Notes: a model not told the origin generated them from the letters alone. A stretch of 16,545 bases of DNA from Candidatus Hodarchaeaceae archaeon (GCA_030018135.1 JASEGJ010000023.1:1-16545); one strand, 5' to 3'; shown: positions 8,237 through 16,191, numbered from the stretch's first letter. Program-made: numbers and translations.

Positions 8237-8893
8237 GCCGAATAGGGCCGGCAACTCTACCACGCTTTTAATAACGGCGTCTGGGGCCGCCCTCACAAGG
8301 CTCTCTTGGTCGGAGGATCCCGATAAAACCGCCACTGCTTTTAGGCCCAAGCCCTTGGCCGACTCCATATCTGCAACGTAGTCCGCAACTAAGACTGATT
8401 TTTGAGGATTTACTTTTAACATCTCGAGTACCTGAATTATCTCCAGGGAACGGGAAAAGAGTTCTGCGGGTTTGAGCTGGGCCAGCACCAGTTTTTTCGT
8501 CACAATCGCGTCTATTAAGTCGCCCAGCCCTCGTTCGCGCAGTTCGGCGAGAACATCTTCTGGTTCGCACAGCCGACCAGTTACCAGCCCAATTTTAGTC
8601 CCACCCTCCCTTAAGATCTTTATCGCTTCGCGGGTGCCGGGAAAGGCATTTGAGAACTTTTCGTGGGCGCCGCTGTACGAGTTGAGAAATGTGATCCAGA
8701 ATTTATGTTTGTCCTCGAGTTCGACGAGGTCATCAAGCTGATTTGCCCTGAATTTTTTCATGAATAGCTCCTTTTCGACGGGCGGAAGACGGTATGCCTT
8801 CAGCGTGTCGAGAAAAACGCGATAAAAGCGCTCCTCCACACTAACGAGCGTGCCATCTAGGTCGAAAATTACAGCTTCGATGTCTTTAAACAA
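8183..8893 (-). CDS. HAD-superfamily hydrolase (phosphoglycolate phosphatase-like, family IA)
   Basis: Motif I IFDLDGTL, motif II LVTG, a KP, and a variant motif IV VADYVAD. TTG start after GGTGGGAG. Last gene of the minus-strand operon. Confidence 0.88.
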   Translation of the reverse strand: MFKDIEAVIFDLDGTLVSVEERFYRVFLDTLKAYRLPPVEKELFMKKFRANQLDDLVELEDKHKFWITFLNSYSGAHEKFSNAFPGTREAIKILREGGTKIGLVTGRLCEPEDVLAELRERGLGDLIDAIVTKKLVLAQLKPAELFSRSLEIIQVLEMLKVNPQKSVLVADYVADMESAKGLGLKAVAVLSGSSDQESLVRAAPDAVIKSVVELPALFGLTGPKAQYRRQALERRP

Positions 8894-8901
8894 TCTCCCA
8901 C

Positions 8902-10161
8902 CTATGTGCCCAGTCGCCAGGACTTCAGATATCTTACCTGTTCGGGCCTAAGTTTTTCTAACTCAACTTTTAGCGACCTAAGCTTAAGTTCTGCCACCTT
9001 ACGGTCGATTTCGTTGGGCACATCGTAGACCCTGTTCTCGAGTTCCCTTCCATGTTTTGCCAAGTATTCAACGCTTAACGCCTGCAACGAGAAGCTCATA
9101 TCCATTATCTCGATTGGGTGTCCAAGCGATCTCCTGCCTGCTAAATTGACCAGCCGACCCTCCGCGAGCAGGTAGAGGCGCCTACCGTCCTTGAGCTGGA
9201 ATTCCTCGATGTCATCGAGCATCCTATGCCGCTTCACTGCGAGTTCAGATAATCCTTTGAGGTCTATTTCAACGTTAAAGTGACCGGCATTACAAAGGAT
9301 TGCGCCATCGTGCATGAGTCGCATGTGCTCCCTTCGAATGACATTTAGATTGCCGGTTGCAGTTATGAAGATGTCGCCAACCCGCGCGGCATCCGCCATT
9401 GGCATGACTCTAAAGCCGTCCATTACGGCCTCGAGCGCCTTGACCGCATCGCTTTCAACGACCGTGACTATTGCACCCATCCCCTTCGCGCGCGAGGATA
9501 TCCCCCGGCCGACGAACCCGTAACCGACCACGACGACATTTTTGCCTGCTATCAGGATGTTCGTGATGCCCATGATCGCCTGCAGCGTTGACTCCGCGGT
9601 GCCAAAGCGGTTATCAAACAGCCGCTTGGTCGGCGAGTCGTTCACGGCAATGACCGGAAATCTCAGCGTGCCACCGGTTGCCATCGCCCGTAGCCTGTTG
9701 ACGCCGGTTGTGGTCTCCTCGGATGCTCCCCGGATGAGGGGGATGAGTTCCGGGTACTTGGTATGGGCGAGCGAGATCAAATCGGCGCCATCGTCTATGA
9801 GCACATTTGGCTTATTCCTAAGAACTCGACCAAGGTTCGCGTAGTATTCTGCCTCGCTTTCGCCCCTCCACGCGTATACATTGGCACCATCCTCAGCTAG
9901 GGCAGCTGCGACCTCATCCCGCGTGGATAGCGGATTGCAGCTCGTTATCGCGACCCTCGCGCCAGCTGCCATAAGCGCGCGAACTAGCGCGGCGGTTTTT
10001 GCCTCCACATGCAGCGCCGCTCCAACGACCAAGCCCTCGAGGTCCCTTGTTTTGGATAGCTCGCGACGGACGGTCATGAGCACTGGCATGTGGCGCTCCG
10101 CCCATTCTATCATCCGCCTGCCCTCGGGCGCCAGCTTGATGTCCTTGACTTCATACTTCAT
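8902..10161 (-). CDS. ahcY: Adenosylhomocysteinase-family hydrolase (SAH and/or S-inosylhomocysteine hydrolase)
   Basis: SCNPLST, DDGADL, EETTTG, KRLFDNRFGT, GYGFVGRG (NAD binding), NAGHF, EGRLVNL and GHPIEIMDMSF. ATG 10161 overlaps the upstream stop codon (ATGA). Confidence 0.96.
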   Translation of the reverse strand: MKYEVKDIKLAPEGRRMIEWAERHMPVLMTVRRELSKTRDLEGLVVGAALHVEAKTAALVRALMAAGARVAITSCNPLSTRDEVAAALAEDGANVYAWRGESEAEYYANLGRVLRNKPNVLIDDGADLISLAHTKYPELIPLIRGASEETTTGVNRLRAMATGGTLRFPVIAVNDSPTKRLFDNRFGTAESTLQAIMGITNILIAGKNVVVVGYGFVGRGISSRAKGMGAIVTVVESDAVKALEAVMDGFRVMPMADAARVGDIFITATGNLNVIRREHMRLMHDGAILCNAGHFNVEIDLKGLSELAVKRHRMLDDIEEFQLKDGRRLYLLAEGRLVNLAGRRSLGHPIEIMDMSFSLQALSVEYLAKHGRELENRVYDVPNEIDRKVAELKLRSLKVELEKLRPEQVRYLKSWRLGT

Positions 10162-11468
10162 CTTATGGCCTCCCAGCACGCGAGCAGACCGCCGGAAGCC
10201 TTTTGTGCCTCTTCGAGGACCTTATCTTCATCGACCGTCAAAACCTCGCGCTCTCGCATCACGACCTCGCCGTCCACGATGACGGTGTCGACGTCGCTTC
10301 CGACCGCGTTATACACTAGATGCGAAACTACGTTGTACAGGGGTACGAAGTGGGGTTTCTTGAGGTCGACCAGTAAAACGTCCGCCTTTTTTCCGACCTC
10401 GAGCGAGCCTATCTCATCCTGCAGGCCCAAGGCGATTGCCCCGTTGATCGTCGCCATCTCAAGCACCGCTTGCGCCGGTACTGCGGTTGGATCGAGCTTA
10501 TGGACCTTGTTGAGCAGCGCCGCGAACTTCATCTCGTTGAACATGTCAAGCGCGTTGTTGGATGCCGCCCCGTCCGTGCCCAACGCGACCGGTATGCCGG
10601 CGGCGAGCATCTCCGGCACCGGCGCCACGCCGGAGGCGGTTTTCATGTTGCTTACCGGACTGTGGACGGGCTTGACGCCGCGCTCGCGGAGGATCGAAAT
10701 TTCTTGCTCGGTTAACCACACGCAGTGCGCGGCCAGTACCTCTGGACCGAGGAAGCCGATCGCATCGAGATGCTCGACCGGCCGCCTGCCGTACTTTTTG
10801 GTGACGCGTTCGACTTCATCTTGGCTCTCCGAGATGTGGGTGTGTATGCCCACCTTGTACTTTTTCGCCAGCTCCTTCACCTGCATCAGGCACTCGGGCG
10901 AACATGTATACGATGCGTGCGGCCCAAACATCGTTAGAATTCGACCATTGGCGGTCCCATGGCACTCCTTCACAAGCTTTTCACCGGCTTGCAGCTCAGA
11001 TTTTCGCCTCTCCGGATCGTCCCTTTCAATTATGCCGTAAGAAAGCACGCCCCGTATGCCAGCCTCTTCAACCGCGTTCGCCACATCCTTCATGAAAAAA
11101 TATTGATCCGCGAAGCACGTCGTGCCGGATTTGATCATCTCCAAGCAACCAAGCATGGCGCCAGCGTAGCAGTCCTGCCCTTTGAGGTTCCGCTCTATCG
11201 GCCAGATCTTATTTTCCAGCCATTCCATGAGGGGCATGTCGTCGGCCACGCCTCGCAGCAAGGTCATCGAAAGATGGGTATGGGCGTTGATGGTGCCCGG
11301 CAGGACGGCCTTGCCGCTGGCATCGATTACAACATCGGCTCGTTCGCGAACCTCCTTGCCCACGGCGCTGATCCTGTCGCCCTCTATGGCCACCGAGCCC
11401 AGTTTGAAGACCCTGCGTTGGGCATCCATGGTAATTATGTAGCCATCCCTAAGAAGAATATCCGCCAA
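10158..11468 (-). CDS. mtaD: MTA/SAH (5'-deoxyadenosine) deaminase, amidohydrolase superfamily (MtaD/DadD)
   Basis: PGTINAHTH (HxH), LLRGVADDMPLMEWL, GTTCFADQY, GPHASYTC, HTHISE, AAHCV, SNMK, LGTDGAASNN and GSLEVGKKAD. Translationally coupled to ahcY. TTG start. Confidence 0.88.
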   Translation of the reverse strand: MADILLRDGYIITMDAQRRVFKLGSVAIEGDRISAVGKEVRERADVVIDASGKAVLPGTINAHTHLSMTLLRGVADDMPLMEWLENKIWPIERNLKGQDCYAGAMLGCLEMIKSGTTCFADQYFFMKDVANAVEEAGIRGVLSYGIIERDDPERRKSELQAGEKLVKECHGTANGRILTMFGPHASYTCSPECLMQVKELAKKYKVGIHTHISESQDEVERVTKKYGRRPVEHLDAIGFLGPEVLAAHCVWLTEQEISILRERGVKPVHSPVSNMKTASGVAPVPEMLAAGIPVALGTDGAASNNALDMFNEMKFAALLNKVHKLDPTAVPAQAVLEMATINGAIALGLQDEIGSLEVGKKADVLLVDLKKPHFVPLYNVVSHLVYNAVGSDVDTVIVDGEVVMREREVLTVDEDKVLEEAQKASGGLLACWEAIR

Positions 11469-11478
11469 ATCATCCCCT

Positions 11479-11994
11479 CTAGCGTCCGAGTGCCTTGGCT
11501 ATGGCGCGCCCGAACTCAGTTGCAGCCTTTGGCCCGTTTGCGGTGATGATGTTTCCATCGACCTCCACCGACCTCCCGGTGTATCTCGCGCCCTTGGCCT
11601 CGATCATCTCCACGTAATCGCCGTCCCACACCGTCGCGCGCTTGCCCTCGAGCACCCCGGCGTTTGCCAGAATGACCGGTGCTATGCAGATGGCGCAGAC
11701 CTTCTTGCCCCTTCTTGAGGCCTCCTTGGCTATCGAGATCGCTCGGCCGTCGTTGAAGTAGGTCGCTGCCCCGCTACCCCCGACGAAAATCACTGCGTCG
11801 TAGTTATCGACCTTTACTTTGTCGAGCTCGATATTCGGGCGCACCGTCGTCCCGAACATGCCCCGCGCCGTCGTCCTCGTGCTCGCCACGGTTACGCTAA
11901 CTCCGGCATTCTGCAGCACCTGCTTGGGCTCCTTGAACTCCTCGTCCCTGAAATTCTCGGGCGCTATCACCATCAACACGCGCTTTTCCGTCAA
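11479..11994 (-). CDS. DJ-1/PfpI-family protein
   Basis: IAPENFRDEE (conserved Glu), YDAVIFVGGSG, AICIAP (nucleophile Cys), AGVLEGKRAT and ITANGP. The likely start is TTG 11994, 6 nt after GGAGGTG. Alternatives are GTG 12003 or 12015. Confidence 0.9.
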   Translation of the reverse strand: MTEKRVLMVIAPENFRDEEFKEPKQVLQNAGVSVTVASTRTTARGMFGTTVRPNIELDKVKVDNYDAVIFVGGSGAATYFNDGRAISIAKEASRRGKKVCAICIAPVILANAGVLEGKRATVWDGDYVEMIEAKGARYTGRSVEVDGNIITANGPKAATEFGRAIAKALGR

Positions 11995-12257
11995 GTTTGG
12001 CACCTCCTCATCCACCTCTCAACACCTATTAACACATGGGAAATAAAAACCTAGGCCGCCCCACACCAAAAGGCGCCCTTCAATGACTTCCCCCTCAATA
12101 TTTTCCGCAGAAACTTTCCAAGGCTCCTTATCTGATCTCCCCCGCGACCCGCTAGTTAAAAAACTAAACTCTACGGAGCAAGCCCAACCTCAATTTTAAC
12201 CAACTTTCTGGCATGGGACATGATAATTTCTCTAGGGTTCTGGTCACAATCGATTGC

Positions 12258-12838
12258 TCACAAAAGAAAATATGCGACCTCGAGGTACGGGCGGTAGGCC
12301 GCGTCGGCGTGCTCCCTCGACCTCGCGACGTTGTACTCATAGAACCCCTCGCCTGCCGCCTTGAGGCATCACGTGATCAGCCCATCGCCCGCAAGTTGAC
12401 CTTGGACATCAGACGCCACGGCCCAGCCCCTCCACACGTTCACGTCGCCGAAGTGTGGGACGCTATCCGTGGGCGTGGGATTAAAGGACGGCTCGCTGCC
12501 CCAGGCGATGGCGTTCTCGCCCCAATTGTCGTTCTCGGAAGGTACGCGCCTATCCCGCCGACGGCGCCCCCAAACTCGCCCGCATCGTGGAAGTAAAGCC
12601 AGAGCTTCGCGCCCGTTATAGTCGCGCTCTTGGGCAAACCTGAGATGTCGAACTTGAGCCAGGCACGCCACTGCTCGCGCTCCATGCTTCCCACCCATAG
12701 CTCCGGCTCCGAGCCGAAGTTCGCTGAGTTATGGTCCTCGACGTAGGAAAGACCGAGAAAACCTGCTATTACAAAGGCTAAAACAACGATGGCAATTGTC
12801 CCTACGGTACCAATCACTTGTAACCGACTTTTTCCCAT
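12258..12838 (-). pseudogene. Degraded membrane-anchored DNRLRE (CBM96-like) domain surface protein
   Basis: Frame 1 gives an N-terminal TM/signal followed by SYVEDHNSANFGSEPELWVG...RAWLKFDISGLPKSATITGAKLWLY. After a frameshift near 12540 it continues SENDNWGENAIAWGSEP...W.GWAVASDV...LIT. An in-frame TGA at 12369-12371 is followed by CLKA...SREHADAAYRPYLEVAYFLL-stop (12258). These pieces rebuild the usual DNRLRE pattern (N.G..L.VG, R.YL.FDLS.LP..A.I..A.L.LY, W.E..ITW...P, S.E....P.L.V.Y). Confidence 0.75.
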
Positions 12839-12889
12839 CTTCCCCACCTCAACTTCATTTCACCCGCCTATAATTTAGCCTTTGTAATA
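12767..12889. repeat. Perfect 16-bp inverted repeat with a 91-bp spacer
   Basis: TATTACAAAGGCTAAA at 12767-12782 and its exact reverse complement TTTAGCCTTTGTAATA at 12874-12889. Confidence 0.9.
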
Positions 12890-13391
12890 ATTTTTGGTTC
12901 GTTCGTGAAACCCTCTCGCCGTCGCATGTGTGGACTGGGCCAGAATAGATGACTTGCTTATACTCTCCCGTAAGCTCGTTCCGGCAGATGATGTATCCCT
13001 TTTGATCCCTTTGCTGCTTGCCATGATTTATATCGGGATCGGGCTTTACCTCTTCGCCACCCATCCCAGTTAAAACCAAGTTCAAAACCTGTTTGGGGCC
13101 ACGAGCTAAGCTTTATCGCTCGGCTCATCGGAAGTATGTTCATTTTTAACGTTCTTCATTCTTCATGATAGTACATACCTCTCAGTTTCTTTCCTTTCTA
13201 ACGTTATTGGTCATCCTCATCACATGTGGTTTGTTGCAGTATTCTTTGGGATGATTTCATATTCCTGTAAAGATGAGGATCGTCATGGGCTGGGTTTATT
13301 TTAAGCGTAGTCAATATTTTGACATAAACCAAGCCTTGGTGCTTAATACCATGCTTAATAAAATTGGTAAAGGAAGTTTGGGGGCGTAAAT

Positions 13392-15407
13392 TTGGTCGAA
13401 AAGTTCCTCGTAACCGCGGCCTTGCCCTACGCAAGCGGTCCAAGGCATATCGGCCACGCGGCGGGCGTCTACATCCCCGCGGATATCTACGCAAGATACA
13501 ACAGGATGAAGGGCAACGATGTCGTCTTCATCTGCGGCACGGATGAGCACGGCACGCCGATCACCGTGCAAGCGATCCAAGAGGGCGTTAAACCGATAGA
13601 CATCGCCGACCGCTACCACAAGGTAATAAAGGAATCGTTTGACAGGCTCGGCTTTTCGTTCGACAATTTCTCGCGCACAACTCGTGAAATCCACTACCGC
13701 CTGGCTCAGGATTTCTTTCTGACGCTCTACAAGAAGGGCTACATTTACGAGAGGCGGATGAAGTTGCTCTATTGCCCAAATTGTAAAAGATTCCTACCCG
13801 ATAGGTACGTCGAGGGCATCTGCCCGCATTGCGGCTCGGAGGGTGCCCGGGGCGACCAGTGCGACGCTTGTGGTCGAGTTTTGAACACCGTGGATCTAAT
13901 CCATCCACACTGCACCATCTGCGGTACCCCGCCGACCACGCGGGAGAGCACGCAGTGGTTCTTCAAGCTAAGCGCCTTCGAGGGGGCAATCAAGAACATG
14001 CTCGAGGAGAGCCGCCACTGGCCCGACAACGTACGCAACTTCTGCCTGCAGCTGATCGAGAAGGAGGGCCTTAAGGACCGCGATATCACGCGCGATATGG
14101 AGTGGGGTATCCCCGTGCCGCTGCCCGAGGCCAAGGGCAAGGTGCTTTACGTTTGGTTCGATGCCCCCATAGGCTATATTTCGGCAACTAAAGAATGGGC
14201 TCAGCAAATCGGACAGCCGGAGAGATGGCGGGAATATTGGCAAGGCAACGTAAAGATCGTGCATTTCCTCGCGAAGGACAACATCCCATTTCACGCGCTC
14301 ATCTGGCCGGCGATGCTCATGGCGTACGGTGATTTCAACCTGCCATGGATGATTCCGGCTTATGAGCACCTCAACCTAGAGGGGCGAAAGATGTCGACGA
14401 GCCGCGGCTGGGTGGTGGAGCTCAACGACTTCCTCGATGAGTTCGATCCGGATATGCTCCGCTATTACCTGACCATCAACGCCCCCCAGAGGCGGGACGT
14501 CGATTTCTATTGGAAGGAGTTCCAGCGCCGGGTCAACGATGAATTGGCGGACATCATCGGTAACCTTATCCACCGCACGCTCTCCTTCATCTACAACAAT
14601 TTCGATGGCAAAATCCCGACGCCGAGCGAGTTCGACGAGCAGGACAAGGAGATGATACGCTTGATCAAGGGGGCGCCGCTGACCGTTGGAAAACACATCG
14701 AGGAATTTAACTCCAGCGCTGGTCTCAAGGAGGTTATAAAATTGGCGAGATTTGGCAACAAATACTTCAATGATAAGCAGCCCTGGCGCACCCTTAAGGA
14801 GGACCCGAAGAAGTGTGCGACAACTCTTTACATCTGCGCACAGCTTGCAAGGTCGCTCGCGATCCTCCTTGCCCCCTACCTGCCGTTCGCGAGTCAAGGG
14901 CTTTGGAAATCGCTAAACTTGCGGGGCGATATACACAGGCAACGCTGGGAGGCAGCAGTCGAATTAGGCCTTAAGCCCGGCCAGCACATCAACAAACCTG
15001 AGCCACTGTTCACAAAGCTCTCGGACGAGGTCATAAAAAAACAGGAGGGGAAACTTCAGGCCCTCTTGAAATTTCAGGCACCAAGCGTGGTATCGGAGCA
15101 GGACTTTGCCAAGCTCGACATCCGCGTGGGCAAAATCGTGAGAGCCGAGCCGGTTCCGAAGTCGAAGAAGCTTCTAAAGCTCTCGGTCGATATCTCCGGA
15201 AAGCGGCGCACCATCGTCGCCGGGCTTGCCCAGCATTACTCGCCGAAGGAGCTCGTCGGGAAAGAAGTGGCAGTCGTCGTGAATTTAAAACCCGTGCAAA
15301 TAATGGGCATCAGATCGGAGGGCATGCTGCTGGCGGCTGAAGACGAGAAGGGCCCCTCCATCCTGACTACGGACAGGCCGGTGAAAGCGGGCGCGAGGGT
15401 GAGGTGA
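13392..15407 (+). CDS. metG: Methionine--tRNA ligase with C-terminal Trbp111-like tRNA-binding domain
   Basis: TAALPYASGPRHIGH, CGTDEHG, four CxxC Zn knuckles, RDMEWGIPVP, YVWFDAPIGY, KDNIPFH and KMSTS. The C-terminal domain reads FAKLDIRVGKI...SEGMLLAA. TTG start. Confidence 0.97.
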   Translation: MVEKFLVTAALPYASGPRHIGHAAGVYIPADIYARYNRMKGNDVVFICGTDEHGTPITVQAIQEGVKPIDIADRYHKVIKESFDRLGFSFDNFSRTTREIHYRLAQDFFLTLYKKGYIYERRMKLLYCPNCKRFLPDRYVEGICPHCGSEGARGDQCDACGRVLNTVDLIHPHCTICGTPPTTRESTQWFFKLSAFEGAIKNMLEESRHWPDNVRNFCLQLIEKEGLKDRDITRDMEWGIPVPLPEAKGKVLYVWFDAPIGYISATKEWAQQIGQPERWREYWQGNVKIVHFLAKDNIPFHALIWPAMLMAYGDFNLPWMIPAYEHLNLEGRKMSTSRGWVVELNDFLDEFDPDMLRYYLTINAPQRRDVDFYWKEFQRRVNDELADIIGNLIHRTLSFIYNNFDGKIPTPSEFDEQDKEMIRLIKGAPLTVGKHIEEFNSSAGLKEVIKLARFGNKYFNDKQPWRTLKEDPKKCATTLYICAQLARSLAILLAPYLPFASQGLWKSLNLRGDIHRQRWEAAVELGLKPGQHINKPEPLFTKLSDEVIKKQEGKLQALLKFQAPSVVSEQDFAKLDIRVGKIVRAEPVPKSKKLLKLSVDISGKRRTIVAGLAQHYSPKELVGKEVAVVVNLKPVQIMGIRSEGMLLAAEDEKGPSILTTDRPVKAGARVR

Positions 15408-16042
15408 ACTTGTTTCGTTACGACCTCCACGTTCATACCGAGCATTCGCGAGATGGTTTTTGCTCCATCGCCGAAGCCGTGAGGGCGGCGAGGGCGATGG
15501 GTTTGAAAGGCATCGCGATCACCGACCACGACACCATAGACGGCAATTTAGAGGCCGCGAAGATCGATTCCGATGATTGTATTGTCATCCCGGGCATCGA
15601 GGTATCGAGCAAGGATGGTCATATCTTGGGCCTTGGCGTGAGCGAGCTAATCCCACGTGGTTTATCCGCCACGGAGACCGTGGCATCGATAAAGGGGCAA
15701 GGCGGTCTCGCCATAGCTGCCCACCCGTTCGGGCTCGGGAGGAGGGTAGGAATAGTATCAAAAGCCAAATTCGATGCAATTGAAGTTTTCAACTCGCGCA
15801 CATATCTCGGCAATCGTCTGGCTTACGGGTTCGCCGAGCGAAATGGGTTACCGATGGTCGCGGGTTCGGATGCCCATCACCCAGACGAGATCGGCCTCGC
15901 TGGGGTAACGATAAATTGCGAGCCCGAAATCGATGCGATCCTAGAATCTATAGCGAAAGGGGAGGCGTCCATCTTCGGGCGGACACTTTCCCCTGTTATT
16001 TATATTCAAAGGGCTTTTCAAAAACTTATTCGCAAGTTATGA
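15404..16042 (+). CDS. PHP-domain metal-dependent phosphoesterase
   Basis: DLHVHT..S.DG, AITDHD, PGIEVS, GHIL, AAHPF, IEVFNSR and GSDAH. The GTG start overlaps the metG stop (GTGA). Confidence 0.92.
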   Translation: MNLFRYDLHVHTEHSRDGFCSIAEAVRAARAMGLKGIAITDHDTIDGNLEAAKIDSDDCIVIPGIEVSSKDGHILGLGVSELIPRGLSATETVASIKGQGGLAIAAHPFGLGRRVGIVSKAKFDAIEVFNSRTYLGNRLAYGFAERNGLPMVAGSDAHHPDEIGLAGVTINCEPEIDAILESIAKGEASIFGRTLSPVIYIQRAFQKLIRKL

Positions 16043-16051
16043 TGAAAGTAA

Positions 16052-16096
16052 AGGTGAGGGGGGCCTTCACCTCAAACAGAATGGCCCCCCTCGCCT
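16052..16096 (+). other. Strong GC-rich hairpin (14-bp stem) in the convergent intergenic region; terminator-like or part of a structured RNA
   Basis: AGGTGAGGGGGGCC (16052-16065) pairs with GGCCCCCCTCGCCT (16083-16096), with one U-G pair on the + strand. Confidence 0.6.
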
Positions 16097-16191
16097 GACA
16101 CCCCGTCGGAGGCTGGACCGAGGAGGAGGTGGGGTGACCTTGAATTTTTCGATGAAAAAGATTTAGATCAGCTTTTTTCATCTACCCCCAA

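Noticed and set aside
10090-11040. 316-aa + strand ORF and the other long antisense ORFs over valS, aRF1, ahcY and metG
   Set aside because: These are shadow frames opposite well-conserved genes in GC-rich DNA. They are Ser/Thr/Arg-rich with no motifs.
11995-12110. Upstream in-frame extension of pfpI across a TGA (...LLVWGGLGFYFPCVNRC*EVDEE)
   Set aside because: A strong RBS precedes TTG 11994, and the extension is only weakly signal-like with no other support.
12369-12371. In-frame TGA as selenocysteine or readthrough
   Set aside because: The same gene also has a frameshift, the position fits a mutated Trp codon, no SECIS-like element was seen, and aRF1 motifs are canonical with TGA used as a stop elsewhere in the window.
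12213-12596. 127-aa + strand ORF
   Set aside because: It is antisense to the DNRLRE pseudogene, which explains the sequence better, and it has no recognisable motif.
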